Shown here: positions 12,830 to 21,718 of the stretch, piece by piece
Numbering within the stretch: the first letter of the stretch is position 1
Layout of the letters: every line of letters begins with the position of its first letter
Assembly: GCA_963715225.1 (NCBI GenBank)
Contig: CAVQRK010000004.1
Span: 136,502 to 200,501 of the forward strand
DNA from: an uncultured Actinomycetota bacterium
Lineage (GTDB): Bacteria > Actinomycetota > Acidimicrobiia > Acidimicrobiales > Microtrichaceae
Reading direction: 5' to 3'
Length of the DNA: 64,000 bases
The notes under the pieces: model-generated
The model's input: the letters and a program-made list of their open reading frames with translations, nothing else
Database searches by the model: none
What the model was told of the DNA's origin: nothing
Translations under genes and position numbers: made by a program

Positions 12830-12910
12830 CGTCTCCTTCGTTGGGGTGGTCGCTTGTCTGTGGTGTTCCCCAGCCGCCGCGCGACGGCGGCCGCCCCAAC
12901 GAAGGAGACG
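12830..12910 (+). other. long imperfect-free inverted repeat (17-bp perfect arms, extendable with G.U pairs) enclosing an inner GC hairpin
   Basis: CGTCTCCTTCGTTGGGG (12830-12846) pairs with CCCCAACGAAGGAGACG (12894-12910). Inner hairpin is GCCGCCG-CGCGA-CGGCGGC. It lies in the roughly 330-nt gap between the kinase stop and the MFS start. Confidence 0.4.
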
Positions 12911-13071
12911 GCGGCCCCATAGGCTCGCCCCGACATGGACGAGTCGACGACCCCTCCGCGCGACCAGCCGGATGGGGACTCCCCGAAAGGGACGAGCCAG
13001 AACTGGACCCGGTCATCGCGGTGGCTATCGAGGCGCCGGGGGTCGACGAAGAGGCAGTGCTTCCGTGGTCG

Positions 13072-14523
13072 ATGCTGCTGCGCAGATGGTCGCGGCAGCG
13101 GGGAGTGGCCGACGACCTGGAGGGACGACACGGCCCGTCGGCGTGGCTCATCACCTGGACCGTGCTGCTCGGCACGCTGGCCGTAGCCAGCTCGATCACC
13201 ATCCTGGCAGTCAGCCGACCGGCCATCGCCCAGGACCTCGGTGCGAGTGCCAGCACGCTGGTGTGGCTGATCTCGGGACCCACCATCGCGGTGGCGCTGA
13301 CCGGAACGACCGCGGGCAAGCTCGGCGATCTCCATGGGCATCGCCGGGTCTACCTGATCGGCGTGTTCGGTGCCGCCGCCTTCTCCCTGCTGGCGGCTCT
13401 GGCCTGGTCCGGTGGTTCGCTCATTCTGTTCCGGGTGGTGGGTGCGACCGTGGGCGCTGCGACCGGACCCAGCTCGCTGGCCATCATCAACCAGCTGTTC
13501 GCACGCGAGGACAGGGCCCGCGCCCTCGGCTTCTGGTCCCTCGTCGTGGCGGGAGGGCCGGTACTGGGTCTGGTCATCGGCGGCCCGCTGGTCGAGGCAG
13601 TCGGATGGCGTGCCATCTTCTGGTTCCAGACCCCGCTGCTCCTCGCCGCGGCAGTGGCCGCATTCGTGGTGCTGCCCGAGACGCGCCGGCACCACAACGT
13701 GCACTTCGATGTCATGGGTCAGGTTGCACTGGTGGTGTCGCTCGGGGGCCTCCTGTTCGCAATAGACCGGATGTCGGTCTGGGGAATCGACAATCCCTGG
13801 GTGCTGGGAGGATTACTCCTGTTTCCCCTCGCCGGGTGGTGGTTCCTGAGCATCGAGCGCCGGGTGGATCACCCTCTGATACCACTGCGGTGGCTCAGGC
13901 GACGGGGTTTCGCGATTCCGGTGGCCGTATCGTTCTTCATCCAGTTCGGCTACATGGGTGGCTTCATCCTTACGCCCAAGCTGCTCTCGGACATGCGGGG
14001 ACTGGGCGCTGACACCGTGGCGCTGATGATGGTGCCGCGACCACTCACCTTTGCCATCGCCGGCCCGGTCGCCGGCATGTTGGCGCGACGGATCTCGGCG
14101 CGCACGACTGTCGTTGGGGGAACCATCTCCCTGGCGCTCTCGCTGTTCGCATTCGCCTATGTGGCCCCGGACCCGGGGACCGCCATCGTCGTGGTGGCAT
14201 TGACGTTGTCGGGGTTCGGCATCGGGGCGGCCCAACCCCGGATCGCCTCTGCGGTGGCCAACGCGGTACCCGACCAGGACCTCGGTGTCGCCGGGGCGAC
14301 ACAGCAGCTGGTCGCCCAGGTGGGGACCACCCTCGGCATGAACACGCTCGAAGGGGTCCAGGTGGCGACCGTGGACGCCTCGGGGCTCGGTGGCTCCTAC
14401 CGCAACGCCTACCTACTGGGCGCAGCGGTGGCCGTCATCGGCGTGGTCGTGGCGACGTTCCTGGTCGATCTCGGCGAGAGACCCAGGGCGCGCGCCAGCA
14501 GGCCAGCCGCGGCCGGGCCTTGA
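13072..14523 (+). CDS. MFS transporter, DHA2 (EmrB/QacA-like, 14-TMS) drug:H+ antiporter family
   Basis: GKLGDLHGHRRVYLIGV (motif A-like), LFRVVGATVGAATGPSSLAIINQLF, WRAIFWFQTPL. I prefer the ATG at 13072; the ORF track opens at 12841 in a low-complexity stretch. Confidence 0.8.
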   Translation: MLLRRWSRQRGVADDLEGRHGPSAWLITWTVLLGTLAVASSITILAVSRPAIAQDLGASASTLVWLISGPTIAVALTGTTAGKLGDLHGHRRVYLIGVFGAAAFSLLAALAWSGGSLILFRVVGATVGAATGPSSLAIINQLFAREDRARALGFWSLVVAGGPVLGLVIGGPLVEAVGWRAIFWFQTPLLLAAAVAAFVVLPETRRHHNVHFDVMGQVALVVSLGGLLFAIDRMSVWGIDNPWVLGGLLLFPLAGWWFLSIERRVDHPLIPLRWLRRRGFAIPVAVSFFIQFGYMGGFILTPKLLSDMRGLGADTVALMMVPRPLTFAIAGPVAGMLARRISARTTVVGGTISLALSLFAFAYVAPDPGTAIVVVALTLSGFGIGAAQPRIASAVANAVPDQDLGVAGATQQLVAQVGTTLGMNTLEGVQVATVDASGLGGSYRNAYLLGAAVAVIGVVVATFLVDLGERPRARASRPAAAGP

Positions 14524-14555
14524 CATCGGGGAGCCGCTGAGCTCGGTCAGCGGGC

Positions 14556-14978
14556 TCAGTCAGACGTGATGGCTTTGATCGCTTCGGCGATCTTCACCGC
14601 GGCCTCGGCAGCTGCCGGATCGGCCGGAGCCTGCTGCAGGACCATCATCTTGGTCATGTCGCCGTCGACCTTGATCTTGCCGGCCATGAAGGCCTGCATC
14701 CCGGCCTGCGGGTTGCCGTCCACGAGGATGGCCTTGGCCGTGGCGTAGTCGAGCGTGACCGTGAGCTCGGGATCGTCGATGTGGCCGAGATCCATCTCCA
14801 TCTCGCCGCCCGACGTGTCCATGTGGGCGTTGATCGTTCCATCGCCGAAGGGAACCTCGGTGATCACCTGGTTCATCTTCACCGAGTGGGCCGGCGGAGG
14901 TGAGTCGGTGCTCATCTCATGACGGATCCGCTTCGCTTCCTCGAGCCATTCGTCGCTCAGGAACTGGTACGTGGCCAT
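14556..14978 (-). CDS. SCP2 sterol-binding domain protein
   Basis: MATYQFLSDEWLEEAK...LDYATAKAILVDGNPQAGMQAFMAGKIKVDGDMTKMM is the typical SCP-2 C-terminal signature. ATG at 14978. Confidence 0.7.
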   Translation of the reverse strand: MATYQFLSDEWLEEAKRIRHEMSTDSPPPAHSVKMNQVITEVPFGDGTINAHMDTSGGEMEMDLGHIDDPELTVTLDYATAKAILVDGNPQAGMQAFMAGKIKVDGDMTKMMVLQQAPADPAAAEAAVKIAEAIKAITSD

Positions 14979-15170
14979 GAGGGCCCCCTTGTCATCGGAC
15001 TCGCTGGTCGGACTTGTTCGTCTCGCTCGCCGTGAATCCCGTTCACGTCGAGTCCGCACAATACCCGGCTTGACCGCTCGGTCAAGACAGGTCGTAACCT
15101 GGGACCCCGACCACCAGCCCCGGGGTGGCCCATGTCCGGCTCCGGGTGCAGCCGATCAAGGAGCCGTGCG

Positions 15171-15917
15171 TTGAGCGAAGTGATTCCAGGAGCTGAGGAG
15201 TGGAGTGCCCCGGGCGGAAAGGTGGGGGTGCTGGTGCTGCACGGTTTCACCGGCAACCCCAGTTCGGTACGTGGCTTGGCGGAGGCATTGGCGGCGGCCG
15301 GGTACGCGGTCGAGATGCCTCGTCTTCCCGGCCACGGGACGACCATCGAAGACCTGATGGGGACCACTTGGGCCGACTGGTCCTCCGCTGCCGAAGCGGC
15401 ACTGGCCAGCCTGGCAGAACGGACCGAGACCCAGTTCGTTGCCGGACTCTCCATGGGCGGGTCGTTGTCGTGCTGGTTGGCCGTCAACCACCCGGAGCTC
15501 GCCGGAGTCATCTGCGTGAATCCGGCAGTCGCTCCGAGTGAGGACATGCGCGCCATCGTGCAGCAGTTGGTGGACGCGGGCGAGACCATCATGGCCGGCA
15601 TCGGCTCCGACATCGCCGACCCGGACGTCACCGAGTCGGCGTATGCGGACACGGCGCTGGCTCCGTTGCTGTCGCTGTTCGACGCATCGGCACAGTTCGG
15701 CTCCGAACTCGGAAGGATCGAGCAACCCCTTCTGCTGTTCACCAGTCCCGAGGACCACGTGGTTCCTCCGACCGACAGCGACCTGCTCGCCGAGTCGGTG
15801 TCGGGTCCGGTCGAGAGGGTGATGTGTCGACGTAGCTACCACGTCGCCACCCAGGACTACGACCGGGACCTGATCAACGAGCGGGCCGTTGAGTTCGTCG
15901 GGCGTATCTCCGGATAG
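15171..15917 (+). CDS. alpha/beta hydrolase (carboxylesterase/monoacylglycerol-lipase-like)
   Basis: VLVLHGFTGNPSS, nucleophile elbow GLSMGG, C-terminal SYHVAT. AAGGAG lies 7 nt upstream of the TTG at 15171; the ORF track opens at 15132. Confidence 0.8.
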   Translation: MSEVIPGAEEWSAPGGKVGVLVLHGFTGNPSSVRGLAEALAAAGYAVEMPRLPGHGTTIEDLMGTTWADWSSAAEAALASLAERTETQFVAGLSMGGSLSCWLAVNHPELAGVICVNPAVAPSEDMRAIVQQLVDAGETIMAGIGSDIADPDVTESAYADTALAPLLSLFDASAQFGSELGRIEQPLLLFTSPEDHVVPPTDSDLLAESVSGPVERVMCRRSYHVATQDYDRDLINERAVEFVGRISG

Positions 15918-15950
15918 CCCCGCGGCCCCCGCTCCCCACCGCGCACCCCT

Positions 15951-16001
15951 CGTTCTGTGCTCCCACGATCGCGCTGTGTGCAATCGTGGGAGCACAGAAC
16001 G
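15951..16001. repeat. 51-nt palindromic intergenic element, copy A
   Basis: CGTTCTGTGCTCCCACGATCGCGCTGTGTGCAATCGTGGGAGCACAGAACG has a 19-bp perfect stem. It is 43/51 identical to copy B at 35994-36044, with compensatory changes. Confidence 0.85.
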
Positions 16002-16012
16002 ATGATGGGGGG

Positions 16013-16703
16013 ATGGATCTGTACGACGGCATCATGACCACGCGGGCGATGCGTCGCATCTCCGGCGAACCGGTGGCGAACGAGGACGTGGAAGCGGTGT
16101 TGCGGGCCGCTCAACAGGGACCCTCGGGCGGCAACATCCAGCCGTGGCAGTTCGTGGTGCTGACCGACGAGGCAGACCGGGCGTGGATGGGGGATTGCTA
16201 CCGCTCGCTGTTACGACCGCTATGAGGCGGTTCTACTGAAGATGGCCCCGTCACACCGCGACGAAGCGTCTGCGGCCTCATGGGACCGGACCGTGGCGGC
16301 GTCTCGTCATCTCGCCGAACACCTGGGCGAGGTGCCGGTACATGTACTCGTGTGCATGCCCGACATCGACATGACCATCTCGGATGACGAAGGGCCAATG
16401 GACGTGGGCTCCCCGCTGGCATCGGTGTACCCGGCGGTCCAGAACATGATCCTGGCGGCGCGTGGACTCGGGCTCGGTTCCGCTCTCACCACGGTGTACA
16501 GGATCCGCCATGACGAGGTCCGGGAGCGCTTCGGGATACCCGATGGCTGGTCAGTGGCAGCTCTGGTACCGATCGGTCATCCGCTCGGTCGGTTCGGGGT
16601 GGCGCGGCGCCGCCCGGTCGAGAAGGTCACCCACTGGGGATCCTGGGGCGAGCGCCGTCCGTTCACGAGCGAGTCCTACGAAGCCCCCGGGGCAGCCCGA
16701 TGA
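16013..16703 (+). pseudogene. nitroreductase family protein, +1 frameshift near 16211
   Basis: The N-terminal piece (MDLYDGIMTTRAMRRISGEPV...GPSGGNIQPWQFVVL...GDCYRSL) stops at 16225. The continuation YDRYEAVLLKMAPSHRDEA...VYPAVQNMILAARGLGLGSALT...PIGHPLG is in the next frame (ORF 16242..16703). Confidence 0.7.
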
Positions 16704-17854
16704 CCCTCCTCGAGGACGTGCGTCCGCTCCTGGAACGAATCGCGGCGGAGGGACCGGCGATGGACGCCGATGGCCAGCTCCCCGGTGACCTGGCGCTGGA
16801 ACTGGCCCGCGCCGGGGTGTTCCGCTCCACGGTGCCGGAGTCGATCGGCGGACTCGAGACACCGTTGGTCGAACTGCTGGCGGTGATCGAGGAGGTTGCC
16901 CGACACCACGGATCGACCGGTTGGTGCGTGATGATCGGGGCCGTCACGGGCCTGCTCTCGGGTTACCTAGATCCGGAGGACGCACAGGTCGTCTACGGAA
17001 CGGATCCGAACGTGATCACCGGCGGCGCCTATGCCCCCACCGGCAGGGCGGTTCGAGGGCCGGGGAACACATTGACGGTAACCGGCCGCTGGGAATGGGG
17101 AAGCGGCTCAGCCAACTGCTCGTGGTTGCTGGGTGGAGCGATGCTCGTGGACGACGCCGGCGAGCTGGTGAAGGACGATCCCGGTCTGCCCCAGATGCGA
17201 CTCTGCTACGCCCCGGCGTCGGATGTGCAGATCGTGGAGAACTGGGATGTGCTCGGGATGCGGGGGACGGGTAGCAACGATCTCGTGATGGACGCAGTGC
17301 GTATTCCGATCGGTCGCACCGTGTCGCTGTTCGACGACCCCTGGTCCGAAGGGCCCCTGTGGAAGTTCCCGCCGTTCGGCATGTTGGCGTTGGGAGTCGG
17401 TGCCGTGAGTTTGGGTGTAGCCCGAAGTGCCATGGATGCATTCATCGACCTCGGCTCGGCCAAGCGTCCGTCAATGGGAGGTCGCTCGCTCGGACAGCGT
17501 TCGACCGTCCGGGGCGAGGTTGCCCGGTGCGAGGCGCACCTTCGGGCTGCCAACGCACTGTTCCATGGCGAGGTCTCGCGGGCATGGACCGTCGCCGAAC
17601 AGGGGGTCGAGTTCGACCTGGCGCAGCGTGCGTCGCTGCGCCTGGCGGCCACCCACGCGGCGACGGTGGCTGCCGACGTCTGTGTCCGCCTGCACCGCCT
17701 GGGCGGTGGCACCTCGGTGCGTCACGGCCAGGTTCTGGAACGGACGGTCCGTGACTCGCTCACCGCCACCCAACATGTGATGGTCGGCGGCCAGCTCTTC
17801 GAGTCCGTCGGTGCGGTGCTCTTCGGCGACGAACCCGGGTTCGCCGAATTGTGA
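16700..17854 (+). CDS. acyl-CoA dehydrogenase family protein
   Basis: 384-aa ACAD-like protein (IEEVARHHGSTGWCVMIGAVTG; GTGSNDLVMDAVRIP). The ATG overlaps the upstream stop (ATGA). Confidence 0.75.
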   Translation: MTLLEDVRPLLERIAAEGPAMDADGQLPGDLALELARAGVFRSTVPESIGGLETPLVELLAVIEEVARHHGSTGWCVMIGAVTGLLSGYLDPEDAQVVYGTDPNVITGGAYAPTGRAVRGPGNTLTVTGRWEWGSGSANCSWLLGGAMLVDDAGELVKDDPGLPQMRLCYAPASDVQIVENWDVLGMRGTGSNDLVMDAVRIPIGRTVSLFDDPWSEGPLWKFPPFGMLALGVGAVSLGVARSAMDAFIDLGSAKRPSMGGRSLGQRSTVRGEVARCEAHLRAANALFHGEVSRAWTVAEQGVEFDLAQRASLRLAATHAATVAADVCVRLHRLGGGTSVRHGQVLERTVRDSLTATQHVMVGGQLFESVGAVLFGDEPGFAEL

Positions 17855-19044
17855 GCGGCGCCACTGTCGACCCGTCAGCTGCGATTCGGCGAGAGGTGCG
17901 CGAGTGGCTGGCGCTGCACCCCGCACCGGGAGACCAAGAACTTGCAGCCGCAGGCTGGGTCGCTCCCCAGTGGCCCGCCCCGTGGGGTCGCGGTGTCGAT
18001 GTCGCCGGATCGGTGGCCGTCGAGGAGGAACTTCTTGACGCCGGGGTCCGGCTGCCCGACAACTCGATCGGCATCGGCTGGGCCGGTCCCACGATCCTGG
18101 CCGCCGGAACCGAGGCCCAGCGGGAACGGTTCCTGTCGCGGATCCTGTCCAACGAGGACCACTGGTGTCAGCTGTTCAGCGAGCCCGACTCGGGGTCGGA
18201 CCTGGCGTCCCTGCACACCAGTGCCGTCCGCGACGGCGACGAGTGGGTGCTCGAGGGCCAGAAGATCTGGACCACTGATGCCGAGTCGAGCTCCTTCGGG
18301 ATCTTGCTCGCCCGCACCGATCCGGAGGCGCCGGCGCACAAGGGAATCTCCTACTTCTTGTGTCCGATGGACCTGCCCGGGATCGAGGTCCGACCCATCC
18401 GGGAGATGTCCGGTGGATCGCACTTCTGTGAGGTGTTCTTCACCGGCGTCCGCCTACCTGCCGATGCGCTGCTGGGCTCCGAGGGCGAGGGGTGGCGACT
18501 GGCGACGCTGACGTTGGGCAACGAACGGGTGAGCTTGTCCCACGGCGGGCTGCTGTGGGGCATGGGCCCCACAGGCCGAGAGGTGCTGGGAGCAACCGTC
18601 GCACTCGCCCGTGCCGGTGGCGACGGCAACCCGATGTCCGATCCCCGGATCCGGCAGCGCTTCGCCCGGCTGTGGACCGAGTCGTTCCTGTTGGAACGCC
18701 TCGGTGAGCAGGTGCGTTCTGCCGCGGCGCATGACGGTCGCCCGGGGCCGGAGGCGTCGCTGGAGAAACTGCTCTCCGATCAACACGGACAGCGGCTCTT
18801 CGACCTGCTGTTCGATGTTGCCGGGCCGGCTGGCCTGCTGTCCGACGGTGCGAGTTCCTGGCCCGCGCCCGTGTCAGGCGCGGCCCATGAGCCGCTGGGG
18901 GCGGGGCTCGGGGCACGCCACCAGCATCCGTGGCCCTGGGGGGCGTTGTTCTCACGGGCGTTGACCATCGGCGGCGGCACCACCCAGGTGCAGCGCAACA
19001 TCATCGCCGAGCGCCTGCTCGACCTACCCAGGGAGCCAAGATGA
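17851..19044 (+). CDS. acyl-CoA dehydrogenase (FadE-like)
   Basis: WCQLFSEPDSGSDLASL, EWVLEGQKIWTT, GEGWRLATLTLGNERV, C-terminal GGTTQVQRNIIAERLL. GTGA overlap with the upstream gene. Confidence 0.85.
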   Translation: MSGATVDPSAAIRREVREWLALHPAPGDQELAAAGWVAPQWPAPWGRGVDVAGSVAVEEELLDAGVRLPDNSIGIGWAGPTILAAGTEAQRERFLSRILSNEDHWCQLFSEPDSGSDLASLHTSAVRDGDEWVLEGQKIWTTDAESSSFGILLARTDPEAPAHKGISYFLCPMDLPGIEVRPIREMSGGSHFCEVFFTGVRLPADALLGSEGEGWRLATLTLGNERVSLSHGGLLWGMGPTGREVLGATVALARAGGDGNPMSDPRIRQRFARLWTESFLLERLGEQVRSAAAHDGRPGPEASLEKLLSDQHGQRLFDLLFDVAGPAGLLSDGASSWPAPVSGAAHEPLGAGLGARHQHPWPWGALFSRALTIGGGTTQVQRNIIAERLLDLPREPR

Positions 19045-19898
19045 CCGCATCCGACGGATCGGGCAAGGGTGGCGAGGTGCCCATCGAGAGCCATGGCTGG
19101 GCCACGTTGGGATTCGAGCGCCTGGGCAAGTCGACGCCCGAGAGCCCGGGGATCCTGGTGGTGACCATCGACCGTCCCGGCAGCGAACTGAACGCGGTCG
19201 ACGAGCAGCTGCATGGTGAGCTGGCGCGGCTGTTCCGGCTGCTGCGCCGGGAGCGCAGCGCCCGCGCCGTGGTGCTGACGGGTGCGGGCCGGGCCTTCTG
19301 CGCCGGTGGTGACTTCGAGTGGTTCCAGGAGTTGCGTTCGGTGGAGGCGCTCGACGCCCTGCGCCAAGATGCGCGCCAGATGATCTGGGACCTCCTCGAT
19401 GTGGAGATACCCGTGGTGTGCGCGCTGAACGGTCATGCGATCGGCCTCGGCGCATCCATCGCGTTGCTGAGCGATCTAGTGGTGATGTCGGACACGGCCC
19501 GGATCGGCGATCCACACGTGAGCGTCGGGCTCGTGGCCGGCGACGGCGGTACGGTCATCTGGCCCGCGGTTCTGGGACCCGCCCGCGCCAAACAGCATCT
19601 GTTGCTGGGGGAACCGCTGGATGCGGTCGCTGCGGAGCGGTTGGGCCTGGTGAATGCCGTGGTGAGTGCCGACGAGGTGTTGGAGGAGTCCCTTTCCCTG
19701 GCCCGCCGTTTGGCGGCGCAGCCCCCGCTGGCGGTCCGCTACACGAAGGCTGCGATCAACCAGCAGCTGCGCACGTCTCTGCTCGCCTCCTTCGACCTGG
19801 CCGGGGCTCTCGAACTCTCGACCTTCATGTCCGCTGACCACGCCGAGGCGGTCTCGGCCAACATCGAGAAGCGGCGGCCTCGCTTCGAGGGCCGTTAG
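19041..19898 (+). CDS. enoyl-CoA hydratase/isomerase (crotonase) family protein
   Basis: VVLTGAGRAFCAGGDF, NGHAIGLGASIALLSD. ATGA overlap with the upstream ACAD. Confidence 0.85.
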   Translation: MTASDGSGKGGEVPIESHGWATLGFERLGKSTPESPGILVVTIDRPGSELNAVDEQLHGELARLFRLLRRERSARAVVLTGAGRAFCAGGDFEWFQELRSVEALDALRQDARQMIWDLLDVEIPVVCALNGHAIGLGASIALLSDLVVMSDTARIGDPHVSVGLVAGDGGTVIWPAVLGPARAKQHLLLGEPLDAVAAERLGLVNAVVSADEVLEESLSLARRLAAQPPLAVRYTKAAINQQLRTSLLASFDLAGALELSTFMSADHAEAVSANIEKRRPRFEGR

Positions 19899-19909
19899 GT
19901 CTTGGGTCG

Positions 19910-20716
19910 CTAGGTCTTTGGCCGCGGAGCGTCTCCGCCGGTCGGTCGCAGGGGGGCCAGCAGGAGACGGTGATCCGCACTGAACACGCGGCGGCGGACG
20001 CCGATGGCCACCACGGCTGTGGTGGTGGCGACCGATCCCAGGATCAGGTACATGACAGCCAGCTGGACCTTGACGGCCACTGTGGGGTCGACGCCCGCCA
20101 GTATGAGTCCGACCATGGCACCGGGCAGGAACACGATTCCCACCGCCTTGGTGGTCTCGACCTGGGGAATCAGCGCGGTTCGCAGCGAGTCGCGTACCAT
20201 CGGGTCGGCAGCCGCGTCGGAGGTCAGGCCCAGCGCCAGGCGCGCCTCGACCTCGTCGCGTCTCTCGTCGAGGCCCTCGACCAACCTCCGACCTACCAGG
20301 ACGGTGGCCGCCAGGGAGTTGCCCACGACCATCCCGGCCAGGGGTACCAGGGTTCGTGCCGAGAGCTCGAAGACCCCTAGCCCGAACAGGACGGCGAGGC
20401 TGACCGCACACGACGCGGTGAAAGCCGCGAGGGAGAGGGTGAAGATGCCGGGAACCTCCCCCGCTCGCCGCGTGGTGGTCCAGGCAGCGAAGACGATCAT
20501 CAACACCACCCAGGCCCAGCTCCAGGCGATCGGGGTGCCGTCCGCGAGGAGGAATCCGAGCACGACTCCGACGGCGGCCAGTTGCACGAGGGCCCGCGCC
20601 ACGGCCCACAGGATGGAGCGGCTCATCCCCAGGTGCTGGACGAGTGACAGCCCGACTGCAACCCCGATGAGAACCCCCGCGGCGGCCAGGCCCAACAGAC
20701 TCGGGTCAGCAGCCAC
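19910..20716 (-). CDS. ABC exporter permease, UPF0014 (FetB/YbbM-like)
   Basis: Polytopic. [29 protein letters not shown] is characteristic of the YbbM/FetB family. Overlaps the ATPase gene by 11 nt. Confidence 0.7.
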   Translation of the reverse strand: MAADPSLLGLAAAGVLIGVAVGLSLVQHLGMSRSILWAVARALVQLAAVGVVLGFLLADGTPIAWSWAWVVLMIVFAAWTTTRRAGEVPGIFTLSLAAFTASCAVSLAVLFGLGVFELSARTLVPLAGMVVGNSLAATVLVGRRLVEGLDERRDEVEARLALGLTSDAAADPMVRDSLRTALIPQVETTKAVGIVFLPGAMVGLILAGVDPTVAVKVQLAVMYLILGSVATTTAVVAIGVRRRVFSADHRLLLAPLRPTGGDAPRPKT

Positions 20717-21332
20717 GGTCCTCCGCGAGTGTCAGCCGGTGATTGGCGATGCGGTCCGCCTGGTGCTGATCGTGGGTCACCCAAAGGACCGGGCACCCGG
20801 CAGCTGCCAGGTCTGTGATCAGTTTCTCCAGGGTGTGGGTGGCATCGCTGTCGAGAGCCGAGGTCCCTTCGTCGACGAGGAGGGCCTCGGGCGCGGTGGC
20901 CAGCGTGCGGGCCAGACACATCCGTTGCTGCTCACCCCCGGAGAGCTCGCGGGCATCGCGTTCCAGGAAGGAACCGTCGAGCGCCACATCTTCGAGCAAC
21001 GCTGCCACGGCCTCGAGGTCCAGGTCAGCCGCGGTGCGCAGGTTTGCCAGCACCGTCCCGGCGAACGGCGTCGGGTGTTGGAACACCATCCCGACGCGTC
21101 GCCGCAGGGTGCAGGGGTCGATCGTCGCTACATCCGAGCCGTGGAACGACACAGTGCCCTCGTCGGGAACAAGTAGCCGGTTGCACAGACGGAGCACCGT
21201 CGTCTTGCCTGATCCGGACGCTCCGCCGAGCACTGTGACCCCTTCCGGGGCCACAGCGAGGTCGAGGTCGTCGAGTACGGCGACGTCGTTGCGTCTGACG
21301 GTCACGCCACGCATCTCGAACAACGGGATCAC
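20706..21332 (-). CDS. ABC transporter ATP-binding protein (FetA/YbbL-like)
   Basis: Walker A GASGSGKTT, signature LSGGEQQR, Walker B LLVDEGTSALD. Confidence 0.85.
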   Translation of the reverse strand: MIPLFEMRGVTVRRNDVAVLDDLDLAVAPEGVTVLGGASGSGKTTVLRLCNRLLVPDEGTVSFHGSDVATIDPCTLRRRVGMVFQHPTPFAGTVLANLRTAADLDLEAVAALLEDVALDGSFLERDARELSGGEQQRMCLARTLATAPEALLVDEGTSALDSDATHTLEKLITDLAAAGCPVLWVTHDQHQADRIANHRLTLAEDRGC

Positions 21333-21388
21333 ATCGCGACGCTACCGCTGCGGTGAGTCGGTGGGCGTGGCGGTACGATCGGCTCGCC

Positions 21389-21718
21389 ATGAGCGAACCA
21401 ACCCCCAGTTCTCCCGACGCTCCGCCCATCACCACCGCCGAGGTCGCCAAGGTGGCCAAGCTGGCCCGACTGTCGTTGACCGAGGGGGAGCTCGACCGCT
21501 TCACCCACCAACTCGCCGACATCCTTGGTCACGCCGCGGACATGGAGTCCCTCGATCTCGACGACGTGGAACCGATGGCCCGACCGATCCCGATGACCAA
21601 TGTCATGCGGGCGGACGTGCCGGCGGCGCCCCTGGACCGTGACGAGGTGTTGGCCTCGGCGCCGGTGGTCGAAGACGACCAGTTCCGGGTTCCACCGTCG
21701 TTCGGGGAGGAATCGTGA
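21389..21718 (+). CDS. gatC: Asp/Glu-tRNA amidotransferase subunit C
   Basis: [28 protein letters not shown]...[10 protein letters not shown]. Directly upstream of gatA with a GTGA overlap. Confidence 0.85.
   Translation: MSEPTPSSPDAPPITTAEVAKVAKLARLSLTEGELDRFTHQLADILGHAADMESLDLDDVEPMARPIPMTNVMRADVPAAPLDRDEVLASAPVVEDDQFRVPPSFGEES

Noticed and set aside
12902-12907. AAGGAG inside the right arm of the long hairpin, read as a sequestered Shine-Dalgarno sequence (riboswitch or thermosensor expression platform).
   Set aside because: There is no ATG, GTG or TTG in a suitable window downstream. The nearest ATG, at 12935, is 27 nt away and opens an implausible Arg/Cys-rich ORF.
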